A stretch of DNA of 64,000 nt from a virus (lineage: Duplodnaviria > Caudoviricetes): positions 32,001-96,000 of IMG/VR virus record IMGVR_UViG_2595698357_000001; one strand, written 5' to 3'. Below, in pieces: positions 18,309 through 28,052 of the stretch (position 1 is the stretch's first letter; each line of letters begins with the position of its first letter). The notes under the pieces are model-generated. The model had not been told where the DNA came from and did not search any database. It worked only from the letters and a program-made list of their open reading frames with translations. The position numbers were made by a program, and so were the translations under genes.

Positions 18309-20496
18309 TGTAGAATATGCCCCGTTGAAGACGGGGTTCAAGATACCTGACGTCAAATTGCGTATGGACCAAACGTTCATGCGCAAACCGTCCGTGCGCG
18401 CGCCTCGAGTGGAACTTGACCTCACGGTAGCCCAGGAAGATGAGTTCATCAAATGTTCTCTTGACGCCCTGTACTTCGCCAAGAACTACTACAAGATCAC
18501 CACCATTGACCACGGCTTCACCCTGTTCGATATGTTCGATTATCAGGAGCAGCTGTTCCGTGACTTCCAGGCTCACCGATTCAACGCGGTGGTACAGGCT
18601 CGTCAGTCCGGTAAGTGTGTCAAGGGTGACTCTTTGGTTGAGGTCTATGACACCTTCAGCCGGGAATCCTTTACATGCACCATCGAGGAGCTCCACGGGC
18701 GCTTCTCGGGATTTAACCATGCTACCCCTCTAAACCGTATTGGCAAACACGATAAGTTCGTAGACAGCCGTTTCGGCAAGCGATACATGGTACAGACAGA
18801 TACCGGCTGGATTCCTGTCATTGCTGCACACAAAACTCGCAAATATGCTGAGTACAAGGTGGTGACCGAAACCGGGCGGTGCATCCACGTAGCTGACAAA
18901 CATATGTTCTTCAACAAGCGTGACAAAGAAGTGTTTGCTGAAGAACTGCGTGCGGGCGACTTCATCATGACAGTGGACGGCCTGGAGCGTGTCCAGCTGG
19001 TTGCTGAAACCGGTGAAGAGCATCACATGTATGACCTCCAGGTTAAGTCTGACCGGCAGCGCTACTACACCAACGGCTTCCTGTCTCACAACACCACTGT
19101 TGTGGCCGCGTTTCTGTTGTGGTATGCGATGTTCAACGAGGATAAAGAGATCGCAGTTCTCGCCAACAAAGAGAAACAGGCGATCGAAATCCTTGACCGT
19201 ATCCGCAAAGCCTACCAGGATATGCCATTCTTCCTTCAGATGGGCTGTGAGAAGTTCGGCTCAACCCTGATTGAGTTTGAGAACGGCTCCAAGATCTATG
19301 CGTATGCAACGTCCTCTGACTCCATCCGTGGTCGATCTGTATCCCTGCTGTATGTGGATGAGGTGGCGTTCATCGAGAATGACTTCGAATTCTGGGAGTC
19401 TACCTTCCCGGCGATTGCATCTGCTGAGACCTCGAAGTGTATCCTCACCAGTACGCCAAAAGGCCAGCGTGGTTTGTTCTATGACATTGTGACCAAGGCT
19501 AACCCAGACCATGCTCAGTACAACGACTTCAACCTGACTGAGGTTCCATGGTTCAAGGTTCCAGCGTACACCAAGAATCCAGAGTGGGAAGCCAAGCAAC
19601 GTGCCAAGCTGGGCGACGCTCGTTTCGACCAGGAATTCGGTATCCGCTTCCGTGGTTCTGTCGGATCCCTTATCCCGAACAAATGCCTGGAAGCCATGTG
19701 CTCTGCTCTGTATCAGGAGCCAAACGAGTTCACCAAGGTGTACAAGCCATATGACCCGAATCGCAAGTATGTGGGTATCGCGGACACAGGCAAGGGCGTC
19801 GAGGGGGATTACTCTGTACTCCAGATCATCGACGTGACCGAATATCCGTATCGCCAGGCGGCTGTGTATCGCAACAACACGATACCTCCGATGATGTATG
19901 CGTACACGATTGCTGACATGTGTACTCAGTACGGTGAGTGCCCGGTACTGGTCGAGACCAACAACGACGTTGGTGGCCAGGTGATAACCATACTCTGGTA
20001 TGATATTGAATATGAGGGAACCATATTCACATCTGCCGACAACAAGGGTACTGGTAAGCGCATCGGCGGTCGTCGCTCTGAACCGGGTATAAATACAACG
20101 AGCAAGGTGCGCAATATCGGGTGTGCCAACCTCAAAGCTATTATCGAACGCGAGATGCTGGTCATTGAAGACCAAGACACCATCGATGAGCTGAGCACAT
20201 TCATCTTCACTGGCTCCCGTTATGAAGCTGATGACGGTTGTCATGATGACTGCGTGATGCCGCTGGTGTTGTTCTCATGGATGATTAAGCAGGAATTCTT
20301 TGCTGATCTGACTGACAGGAACGTCTCCACCGACATGAAGGAACGCGTATCTGCTAATGAACTGAGCCAGATGATTCCTTTCGGGGGGCGGGTGAGTGCA
20401 ACGCACACTCCTGCTACTCAAGTCACGACGTATGGCTCTGTTCCTGTCGTGGACGGTTCCAGTGGAGTGTCTATGGAAGATTGGTTCAAGGATTAA
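18289..20496 (+). CDS. gp17: terminase large subunit gp17 (intein-containing precursor)
   Basis: YQ adenine motif, RQSGK/TT Walker A split by intein, LLYVDEVAF Walker B, TSTP, and C-terminal HDD..M nuclease motif. Confidence 0.96.
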   Translation: MAYQKRDVEYAPLKTGFKIPDVKLRMDQTFMRKPSVRAPRVELDLTVAQEDEFIKCSLDALYFAKNYYKITTIDHGFTLFDMFDYQEQLFRDFQAHRFNAVVQARQSGKCVKGDSLVEVYDTFSRESFTCTIEELHGRFSGFNHATPLNRIGKHDKFVDSRFGKRYMVQTDTGWIPVIAAHKTRKYAEYKVVTETGRCIHVADKHMFFNKRDKEVFAEELRAGDFIMTVDGLERVQLVAETGEEHHMYDLQVKSDRQRYYTNGFLSHNTTVVAAFLLWYAMFNEDKEIAVLANKEKQAIEILDRIRKAYQDMPFFLQMGCEKFGSTLIEFENGSKIYAYATSSDSIRGRSVSLLYVDEVAFIENDFEFWESTFPAIASAETSKCILTSTPKGQRGLFYDIVTKANPDHAQYNDFNLTEVPWFKVPAYTKNPEWEAKQRAKLGDARFDQEFGIRFRGSVGSLIPNKCLEAMCSALYQEPNEFTKVYKPYDPNRKYVGIADTGKGVEGDYSVLQIIDVTEYPYRQAAVYRNNTIPPMMYAYTIADMCTQYGECPVLVETNNDVGGQVITILWYDIEYEGTIFTSADNKGTGKRIGGRRSEPGINTTSKVRNIGCANLKAIIEREMLVIEDQDTIDELSTFIFTGSRYEADDGCHDDCVMPLVLFSWMIKQEFFADLTDRNVSTDMKERVSANELSQMIPFGGRVSATHTPATQVTTYGSVPVVDGSSGVSMEDWFKD
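18616..19092 (+). mobile_element. mini-intein (159 aa, no endonuclease) in terminase Walker A
   Basis: Starts CVKGDSLV and ends MYDLQV...YYTNGFLSHN followed by Thr(+1). Block B-like HVADKHMF is present. Removal restores RQSGKTT. Confidence 0.93.
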
Positions 20497-20499
20497 TCG

Positions 20500-20506
20500 C
20501 TAAATA
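20500..20506 (+). promoter_or_regulatory. late promoter CTAAATA
   Basis: Upstream of sheath gene. Confidence 0.7.
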
Positions 20507-20538
20507 CATTAAATCGAAAACCCCGAGAGGAAAATTAA

Positions 20539-22449
20539 ATGACTACGAATACTTTCAGTGTTGCACCATCGGTCCAGTGGACTGAACGTGATGCAACGCT
20601 TCAAACCACACCAAGTGTTGAGGTTAACGGCGCGTCCGTTGGTACTTTCCAATGGGGTGAAGTCGAATTGCCTGTGCTGGTCACTGGTGGTCCAACTGGT
20701 CTGGTGAAGCGTTTCTTCAAACCTTCTAACGACAACTACATGGACTTCCTGGTTGTTGAAGACTTCCTGAAGTACAGCTCCACTGCGTGGGTTGTGCGTA
20801 TGGTTGGTCCTCTGGCCAAGAACGCCGTGACCAAAGGTCAAACCGCGATCACGATCAAGAACAAGCTGGACTTCGAAGGGGCTACCCCGTCGGCTTCCAT
20901 CACTTGGGCTGGCCGTTATCCAGGCGACCTGGCGAACGATATTGCCATCAACATCTGTGATGCCGCACACTTCGAAGCATGGGAGTACAACAGCCAATTC
21001 GCATATGCTCCTCAGGCTGGCGAGTTCCACGTTGTTGTTGTCGACAAAGTAGGCCGCATCACCGACAGTGCCGGTGCTGTGAGCCAGGTTCAGCGCTTCG
21101 AATTTGCTGGTCTGGCAACTGCCGCCGGTAAGATCGTGCTGGCTGGTGTTGACGTCGCCTATGTCAAAGATGATACCCCTGAAATCGTAGCCACCAAGGC
21201 CGCGACTGTTCTGGGCGCGCTGACTGGTGAAGATGCTGTTTTCGAGAACATCGTAGCCAAGTCCAACACCCTGACCGTCAGCTTCAAGGCCGTTGGCCCA
21301 CAGGCTGAGAGCACTGTTGTGGTCGACGACAAGGGCATCACTGGTACTGTCTCCACTCTGACTGTTGGTTCCTCTGGTACCATCATCAGCGGAGAGAAGT
21401 ATGAGCTGCTGCAGCTGACTCCAGGCGCCAAGCGTTCTGACAGTTCCAACGCCTACTACAAAGACGTGATCAACCAGACCTCCAACTGGGTGTATGTGTT
21501 CGCAGATACCCTGGCCAACGGTCTGATCGAACTGGACGGCGGCGTGAACGATAACACTATCACCCGCAACGCCGGTTTCGACCTGCTGCGTAACGCTGAG
21601 GCATATTCGGCCAAGCCAATCTTCGGGGCATGCAACACCATCTCCGAACAACAGGCTGCTATCGATGCCTCTGGCGCGCGTCGCGACTCCGTGACCTTTG
21701 TCAGCCCACTGCGTGACGCTGTTGTCAACAACCGTGGTCGTGAGACTGAGTCGGTTGTTGCATGGCGCCAGAGCCTGGTTCGTGACTCCAGCTATTTCTT
21801 CATGGACGACAACTGGGCGTATGTGTATGACAAGTACAACGGCGTGAACCGCTGGATCCCGGCCTGTGGCGGTACTGCTGGTGTGTGGGCGCGTACCATC
21901 CAGATCGCTGGTATCTACAAATCCCCAGCGTTCCACAACCGTGGCAAATACAGCAACTACATCCGCATGGCGTGGTCTGCTGACTCTGACCAGCGCGCTC
22001 AGCTGTACAAGAACCAGATCAACAGCATCGTTACCTTCAGCACTGAAGGCATCGTGTTGTACGGCGACAAGACTGGTCTGACCCGTCCAAGCGCATTCGA
22101 TCGCATCAACGTGCGTGGTACGTTTATCATGGCCGAGACCAACATCGCAGCCATTGCTAAATACTACCTGGGTGAGAACAACGACGCGTTCACGCGCCAG
22201 CTGTTCACCAACGCCGTTACCCCATACGTTCGCCAGCTGATCGGCATGGGCGCTGTGGTTGATGGTAAGGTCAAGTGCGACGACGATAACAACCCTGCGG
22301 CGGTTGTCGCAGCTAACCAGATGGTTGCCGGTATCTGGCTCAAACCAGAGTACAGCATCAACTGGGTGTATTTAGATTTTGCTGCCGTCCGCCCAGACAT
22401 TTCCTTCGAGGAAGTGGAAAACGGTGGTGGTATCGTGGCCGCTTCGTGA
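20539..22449 (+). CDS. gp18: tail sheath protein gp18
   Basis: P.V...E.D, F.WG, SPA..NRG and GDKT..RPSAFDRINVR motifs. Confidence 0.96.
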   Translation: MTTNTFSVAPSVQWTERDATLQTTPSVEVNGASVGTFQWGEVELPVLVTGGPTGLVKRFFKPSNDNYMDFLVVEDFLKYSSTAWVVRMVGPLAKNAVTKGQTAITIKNKLDFEGATPSASITWAGRYPGDLANDIAINICDAAHFEAWEYNSQFAYAPQAGEFHVVVVDKVGRITDSAGAVSQVQRFEFAGLATAAGKIVLAGVDVAYVKDDTPEIVATKAATVLGALTGEDAVFENIVAKSNTLTVSFKAVGPQAESTVVVDDKGITGTVSTLTVGSSGTIISGEKYELLQLTPGAKRSDSSNAYYKDVINQTSNWVYVFADTLANGLIELDGGVNDNTITRNAGFDLLRNAEAYSAKPIFGACNTISEQQAAIDASGARRDSVTFVSPLRDAVVNNRGRETESVVAWRQSLVRDSSYFFMDDNWAYVYDKYNGVNRWIPACGGTAGVWARTIQIAGIYKSPAFHNRGKYSNYIRMAWSADSDQRAQLYKNQINSIVTFSTEGIVLYGDKTGLTRPSAFDRINVRGTFIMAETNIAAIAKYYLGENNDAFTRQLFTNAVTPYVRQLIGMGAVVDGKVKCDDDNNPAAVVAANQMVAGIWLKPEYSINWVYLDFAAVRPDISFEEVENGGGIVAAS

Positions 22450-22456
22450 TACAAAT

Positions 22457-22472
22457 GCCCTCTTCGGGGGGC
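22457..22472 (+). terminator. hairpin/terminator after gp18
   Basis: GCCCTC-TTCG-GGGGGC, with a weak U-tract. Confidence 0.5.
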
Positions 22473-22506
22473 ATTCCATTTCAATAAGTTCAGAGAGGTT
22501 ATTGCA

Positions 22507-23184
22507 ATGGGATGCGTGTATAAGATCACCAACAACGTGAATGGTAAGACATACATCGGGGTGACTACAAGGAATCCTGAGCACCGTTGGTGGGAACATT
22601 GCAACAGCGCTAGGAAGGGATCAGACTTTTTCATTCACCAAGCCATCAGGAAATATGGTGAAGACCAATTCTCTTTCCAGGTTATCTCTGAGAGCAATGA
22701 CGGAGAAGAACTGAAGCGACTGGAGATGGAAAACATCAAAATCTCCTGCTCACACATGACTCAGAATGGATACAACAAGACCTGGGGCGGTGACGGTGCC
22801 ACGTTCATCAACAAACACGGCGCTAAAGACCCCGTAACTGGTGAGAAGTTGGGGCTAACATCCTGTGATGATCCTCGCTGGGCCACTGGCGAAATAGTCA
22901 GTTGTGTCGCGGGCAATACCAGGGCTTTCTCCCAGAGGCTGTCTGACCACGCCAAAACTCGCACCGGGGCTAAGAACTCCAATGCCAAGAAGTTCAAGTT
23001 GATTTCCCCTGATGGAGTTGTACATGAAATCGAGGGGAATTGTCGTGAGTACGTTGAGAGACTTGGTCTGAAATATTCAGCCTTATACGATTACATCGAT
23101 AAGGGTAAACCTGTTCCATGTCCTGCCGGTAGATATACCCCGGAACGCATGGCAACTGTTGGTTGGTCTCTGGTGAGGTGCTGA
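22507..23184 (+). CDS. free-standing GIY-YIG homing endonuclease (Seg-like)
   Basis: CVYKITNNVNGKTYIG..R..EH, LE and GYN.T.GG motifs. C-terminal basic/HTH-like DNA-binding part. Confidence 0.9.
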   Translation: MGCVYKITNNVNGKTYIGVTTRNPEHRWWEHCNSARKGSDFFIHQAIRKYGEDQFSFQVISESNDGEELKRLEMENIKISCSHMTQNGYNKTWGGDGATFINKHGAKDPVTGEKLGLTSCDDPRWATGEIVSCVAGNTRAFSQRLSDHAKTRTGAKNSNAKKFKLISPDGVVHEIEGNCREYVERLGLKYSALYDYIDKGKPVPCPAGRYTPERMATVGWSLVRC

Positions 23185-23185
23185 A

Positions 23186-23656
23186 ATGATATATGCATAC
23201 AAGTTAGAGAATACGATCAACGGTCACGTCTACATCGGCATTACTGCTGACCCTCATGCGCGCCTGGAGAGTCATATTGCGTCCTGCCTCGGTGGTGATC
23301 AGCGTCTTCTGTACCAGGCTATGCGCCGCCACGGCATGAGCAACTTTGAGTTCGAAGTCATCGCTCAGACCATCAACGACGCAGACAAATGGGAACTGGA
23401 GAAGCAACTGGTTCGCCAATATGAATCAGATATCCTGGGCTACAACATGAACAAGGGCGGCAACGATGCTTCCCACCTCATGGGCACAGCCCCGGCGCGC
23501 TTGGTCAGTACAGGCGAGCACATAGGACAGGTATCTCTAACAGACCCTCGGTGGGAGCTGTTCGAAATTGAATCGGTGGCCAGCAATGTTGATCACCAAT
23601 TCTCCAGGACTGACATGGTTATCAAAAGAGTCAGTGAACTAAATAGAATTGTATAA
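23186..23656 (+). CDS. second, shorter GIY-YIG endonuclease
   Basis: YAYKLENTINGHVYIG...R..SH, LE and GYNMNKGG motifs. Shares the TGE..G..S..DPRW motif with the upstream gene. Confidence 0.85.
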   Translation: MIYAYKLENTINGHVYIGITADPHARLESHIASCLGGDQRLLYQAMRRHGMSNFEFEVIAQTINDADKWELEKQLVRQYESDILGYNMNKGGNDASHLMGTAPARLVSTGEHIGQVSLTDPRWELFEIESVASNVDHQFSRTDMVIKRVSELNRIV

Positions 23657-23679
23657 ACCACAATTGGAGGCCAATAACC

Positions 23680-24213
23680 ATGGCTACAGTAAATGAATTC
23701 AGAGGTGCCATGTCTCGTGGCGGCGGTGTTCAGCGTCAGCACCGTTGGCGCGTGACCATCAGCTTCCCGTCGTTCGCGGCCTCTGCTGATCAAACCCGTG
23801 ACGTCTGCCTGTTGGCGGTCACAACTAACACCCCAACCGGCCAGCTGGGTGAAATCCTGGTTCCGTGGGGCGGTCGTGAACTGCCATTCCCAGGCGACCG
23901 TCGTTTCGAAGCACTGCCTATCACCTTCATCAACGTTGTGAACAATGGTCCGTACAACTCGATGGAAGTGTGGCAACAGTACATCAACGGTTCCGAGAGC
24001 AACCGCGCCTCGGCCAACCCTGATGAATACTTCCGTGATGTCGTCCTGGAACTGCTGGACGCCAATGACAATGTGACTAAGACCTGGACTCTCCAGGGCG
24101 CTTGGCCACAGAACCTTGGCCAGCTGGAACTGGATATGTCGGCTATGGACTCGTACACCCAGTTCACTTGCGATCTGCGCTACTTCCAAGCGGTATCAGA
24201 TCGGAGCCGTTAA
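23680..24213 (+). CDS. gp19: tail tube protein gp19
   Basis: GRELPFPGDRRF, L.GAWP..LG..ELD and QF.C...Y motifs. Late promoter CTAAATA at 23639. Confidence 0.95.
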   Translation: MATVNEFRGAMSRGGGVQRQHRWRVTISFPSFAASADQTRDVCLLAVTTNTPTGQLGEILVPWGGRELPFPGDRRFEALPITFINVVNNGPYNSMEVWQQYINGSESNRASANPDEYFRDVVLELLDANDNVTKTWTLQGAWPQNLGQLELDMSAMDSYTQFTCDLRYFQAVSDRSR

Positions 24214-24221
24214 TGGTCTAT

Positions 24222-24242
24222 GGGGAGGGTTTCCTCCCCTTA
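24222..24242 (+). terminator. terminator after gp19
   Basis: GGGGAGG-GTTT-CCTCCCC-TT. Confidence 0.6.
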
Positions 24243-24283
24243 TTCCTCACTAAATAATTTGAGAATATATTGAGGAACATCCC

Positions 24284-25918
24284 ATGCTCGGTTTCTTTAA
24301 TCTGTACGGACAAGTCAAATCGACTGACACCAGCGTTAAGACCAACAAGCAGCAAGAGAAGCTGTTGGCGCGCTCGACTCAAGTAGCGACTGACGACGCA
24401 TACGAAGGCACTGTCGTTGTTGAAGGTGGCATGAACAATGCGACCATGAACGGCGTGCAAAGCGACCTGCAATCTGTTAAACAGATGGTCGAAGAATATC
24501 AGTCCATGGCTCAGCAACCAGAGGTTGAAGAGGCCGTGGACATCATTATCAACGATGTAATCACCTGCGATGAAGACGAGCAGCCCGTGTCTGTGAACCT
24601 GGAGCGCGTCGAAGGCATCAGCGAGCAGACCAAAGAGATCATCTCCGAAGAGTTCAAGACCATCATGCGTCTCATGGACTTTGAAAATACTGGCTACGAC
24701 AAGATCAAGAAGTGGTATGTCGACGGCCGCCAGTGCTACCAGGTTGTGGTCGATGACAAGAACGAAAAGGAAGGCATCAAGAAGATCATCATGCTGGACT
24801 CTCGTACCGTGCGCCCGGTCATGGTGATCGAAAAAGAGATGCGTAACAACATCGAGGTGATCACCAAGGTCACTAAGAAGTATTACTACAACCCGAACAA
24901 CGTCAAAAACGCATTCACCGGCCAGGTCACAACTTCCAACAACTTCCAGCCATCCTCTCAGGAGCTGACGTTTGAAGAAGACGCGATCGTCTATGTGGAC
25001 AGCGGTATAGAGCCTTTGGCCAACGGTATTGTCCCCGGCTTCCTCAACCCGGCTATCCGTCCGTTGAACAACCTGGTCACCACAGAAGACGCCACAGTCA
25101 TTTACGCCATCACTCGTGCTCCTGAGAAGCGCGCATTCTACCTTGACGTCGGTCAGCTGGGTAAGAAATCTGCTGAAGAGTACATGGCGATGATGATGGG
25201 CAAGTTCAAGAACAACCTGTCCTACAACCGTCAGACCGGCAAGGTGCAGGGCGACACTCATCTCATGGGTATCGCTGAGGACTACTGGATGCCACGCCGA
25301 GAAGGCCAGAACGCAACTGAGATCAGCACTATCGGTGGTGGCGACCAACTGGGCCAAATGGATCACGTGAACTACTTCCGTGGCAAGCTGTATGGTGCTC
25401 TGAAGATTCCTAAGAGCCGCCTGGACGACGGTGGTGGTAACATCAACATCGGTGGTAGCGACCTGGGCGAGATCACCCGTGAAGAAAACCGCTTCAAGAA
25501 ATTCTGTGCTCGACTGCGCCGCCGGTATGCCCTGATCTTTCTGGGTATGCTGCGCCGTCAACTGATCATGAAACGCATTGTTACCGAGGACGACTGGGAA
25601 GAGAAGATTCGCGGCAAGATTTCCTTCGACTTCGCCTCTGACAACTTTGTCACAGAGCAGCAGGACAACGAAATTCTGGCCAGCCGTATGTCAACCATGG
25701 CTATCATGGAACCATACGTCGGCAGCATGTTCTCACGCCAATATATACAGAAGAACATCCTTCGTATGTCTGAGGAAGAGATCAAAGAACAACAAGCCCA
25801 GATTGAGGAAGAGAAGAAAGCAGGTGTGTATCCGAAGGTTGATCCTGAGGCCAATATGGGCGATAACAGCCCACTGAAATACCGGCCTGAGTTCCTCCCT
25901 CGTCAATCGGAAGAATAG
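24284..25918 (+). CDS. gp20: portal protein gp20
   Basis: WYVDGR, RAPEKRAFYLDVG, EDYWMPRREG..TEISTI.GG and LY.ALKIP.SRL motifs. CTAAATA at 24250. Confidence 0.96.
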   Translation: MLGFFNLYGQVKSTDTSVKTNKQQEKLLARSTQVATDDAYEGTVVVEGGMNNATMNGVQSDLQSVKQMVEEYQSMAQQPEVEEAVDIIINDVITCDEDEQPVSVNLERVEGISEQTKEIISEEFKTIMRLMDFENTGYDKIKKWYVDGRQCYQVVVDDKNEKEGIKKIIMLDSRTVRPVMVIEKEMRNNIEVITKVTKKYYYNPNNVKNAFTGQVTTSNNFQPSSQELTFEEDAIVYVDSGIEPLANGIVPGFLNPAIRPLNNLVTTEDATVIYAITRAPEKRAFYLDVGQLGKKSAEEYMAMMMGKFKNNLSYNRQTGKVQGDTHLMGIAEDYWMPRREGQNATEISTIGGGDQLGQMDHVNYFRGKLYGALKIPKSRLDDGGGNINIGGSDLGEITREENRFKKFCARLRRRYALIFLGMLRRQLIMKRIVTEDDWEEKIRGKISFDFASDNFVTEQQDNEILASRMSTMAIMEPYVGSMFSRQYIQKNILRMSEEEIKEQQAQIEEEKKAGVYPKVDPEANMGDNSPLKYRPEFLPRQSEE

Positions 25919-25965
25919 CTCAAAAATATTCGACTAAATACTGAAAACTGAATTGGAGGTTCACA

Positions 25966-26142
25966 ATGTCTATCAAAGCAATCGTCGAAGCTATCGAAGC
26001 TGGCGACACTGTAACTGCTGAAGCTGAATTGGTTAACCAACTCAACGTGCGCCGTGAAGCAATCGTCGAGGAAGGTCGTCAGTTCATCATGGCATCCATC
26101 GAAGAATCCGTTAACGGCGCGGCTGAGCCAGACGCTCAATAA
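25966..26142 (+). CDS. small acidic prohead core protein (gp67-like, 58 aa; absent from ORF track)
   Basis: GGAGG SD and late promoter at 25934. MSIKAIVEAIEAGD...; synteny between gp20 and gp68. Confidence 0.75.
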   Translation: MSIKAIVEAIEAGDTVTAEAELVNQLNVRREAIVEEGRQFIMASIEESVNGAAEPDAQ

Positions 26143-26152
26143 GGGGTTCATC

Positions 26153-26461
26153 ATGGATCTGACCGTGGAAGTAGCGACATTCGGTGATTTCCTAGCCCAC
26201 CGCCTGGAAGAGCAAGGCATCATTGACAAGGTCAATGCGAAGGGCAAGCGTCGCCGTCGTCTCAAATGTGGTCCAGGGTTCAAACTGTCTCCTGACGGCT
26301 CCCGTTGCATGGTCATGAATGCTGGTGAAAAACGTGACCGCCGTATCGGGAACCGGAAGGCAATACGCAGCAAGAAACGCATGGGCTTGGGTTATAGCCG
26401 GAAGATCGAGCGCCGCAAGAAGAAAGCGATGCGGTTCCGTAAGATGATGGGTCTTTCGTAA
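26153..26461 (+). CDS. basic prohead core protein (gp68-like)
   Basis: Very Arg/Lys-rich. Synteny before gp21. Start reassigned from 26054. Confidence 0.8.
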   Translation: MDLTVEVATFGDFLAHRLEEQGIIDKVNAKGKRRRRLKCGPGFKLSPDGSRCMVMNAGEKRDRRIGNRKAIRSKKRMGLGYSRKIERRKKKAMRFRKMMGLS

Positions 26462-26468
26462 GGAGCAT

Positions 26469-27137
26469 ATGATGAAACTTATCGTTGATGTAACGGGCAA
26501 GCACGAGCAGCTGACGCTCGGCGAATCTGCGGATGCATCCGGTAGTCGGGCAATGTATATCGAAGGACCATTCGTGATGTGCAACGCTGTTAACCGCAAC
26601 GGCCGCAATTACGATATGGAACGAGTCGGCTTACCGTCCGTCAACCGATATGTTGAAGAGTATGTCAATGATCGTCGGGCGATCGGCGAGCTAAAACACC
26701 CTGACTACCCGTTCCCAGATATCGAACACGCTGCGATCAAAACTGAGTCATTGACGTGGTCTGGTACGAACGCCATTGGGCGTGCTCGTATCCTGAACAC
26801 CGCGAAAGGCCAGATCATCAAGGCGTTGGCAGAAGCTGACTTCAACCTGGCTGTGAGTACTCGTGGCCTGGGTGATGTCAAAGAAGTCGCCGGTCATAGT
26901 GAAGTCCTTCCAGGCTTCATGCTGACCGCAGTCGATGTTGTAGACCGCCCTTCTGGGCAAGTGTGTTATGTAAAGGCCATGTCCGAATCTGTGGAATGGC
27001 AACTGGATGAATCCACGGGGATTTGGTCTCCGAAGGACATCCGGGGGAGCGTCGTCGATCAGTTGGCAAAAACCAACGCTATGGTCGAAACTGACTTCCT
27101 TCGTCGTCTGGATATGGCGTTACAAAAACTGGGCTGA
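26469..27137 (+). CDS. gp21: prohead protease gp21
   Basis: YIEG.F, NRNGR.Y, AIGEL.HP, VSTRG.G and VD.V.RPS motifs. Confidence 0.95.
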   Translation: MMKLIVDVTGKHEQLTLGESADASGSRAMYIEGPFVMCNAVNRNGRNYDMERVGLPSVNRYVEEYVNDRRAIGELKHPDYPFPDIEHAAIKTESLTWSGTNAIGRARILNTAKGQIIKALAEADFNLAVSTRGLGDVKEVAGHSEVLPGFMLTAVDVVDRPSGQVCYVKAMSESVEWQLDESTGIWSPKDIRGSVVDQLAKTNAMVETDFLRRLDMALQKLG

Positions 27138-27183
27138 TTTTTGCCCTACTAAATACTGAAAACTGCTCAGAAGGAAGTTTGTC

Positions 27184-27963
27184 ATGAACAAAGAATTGAA
27201 ACAACTGTTTGAGGGCGTAGACGGCCTCAACGAAGAATTCATGGGTAAGGTCGCGACGATCATCGAAGCTCGCTCCGAACAAGTTCGTCTGACCGCCATC
27301 CAAGAAACCGAAGATCGCATGAACGGCGAAATTCTGAAACTGACCGAGGCTCACCAAGTTGAGCTGGCGCAGGTTAAAGAATCCGCTGTTGATGTCCTGA
27401 CTGCTAAGGTTTCCTCCTACCTGGACGCCGCTGTCCTGGAGTGGGCTAACGAAAACGCAGTTGGCATCGATTCCACTATCAAGGCTGAAGCCGCAGAGAA
27501 GATCCTGTCTGGCGCTGCTCAGTGGTTCGGTGAAGCTGCTATCACTGTACGCGGCGACGCTGACGGTGTTATCAGCGGCCTGACTAAGCGTGTGGAAGAG
27601 GCGGAGAAACTCGCCGAAACCCTGAAAGCTGAAAAACAGGCTCTGGAAGAAGCAGAAACGAACCGCGTTCGTGAAGGTGTTCTGCTGAAGGTGTGTGAAG
27701 GCCTGGCGCTGAGCCAAATCGACACTATCCGTAATTGCCTGGAAGGTGTTCCGATGTCTGAGGGCTTTGAAGCCCGCGCCGCCCGCTTCCGCGCTCTGGT
27801 AGAGAAGAAAGATACTCCTCCAGAGGGTGACGATAAAGGCGACAAGGACAACAAGGGCAAAGAAAAGGATGACAAAGGTGATAAAGGCGATAAGGACGAC
27901 AAAGATCTGAACGAGATGGACAAGTCCATTAAATCTCAGATCTCCCAGTACCTGGCCAGCTAA
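27184..27963 (+). CDS. gp22: prohead scaffold protein gp22
   Basis: Acidic helical protein with YLD..V.EW..EN. C-terminal G/D/K low-complexity repeat. Synteny. Confidence 0.88.
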   Translation: MNKELKQLFEGVDGLNEEFMGKVATIIEARSEQVRLTAIQETEDRMNGEILKLTEAHQVELAQVKESAVDVLTAKVSSYLDAAVLEWANENAVGIDSTIKAEAAEKILSGAAQWFGEAAITVRGDADGVISGLTKRVEEAEKLAETLKAEKQALEEAETNRVREGVLLKVCEGLALSQIDTIRNCLEGVPMSEGFEARAARFRALVEKKDTPPEGDDKGDKDNKGKEKDDKGDKGDKDDKDLNEMDKSIKSQISQYLAS

Positions 27964-28052
27964 CCACCGGTGCACTTCAGCCCTCGAAAGGGGGCTTGAA
28001 ATTGAAACACTAAATATTTTCAAATCAACAGAACATCCAAAAGGATACTATC

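Noticed and set aside
27826-27906. Short tandem-like repeats (GAYAARGGY) in gp22
   Set aside because: This is a low-complexity G/D/K linker in the scaffold protein, not a CRISPR array or VNTR system.
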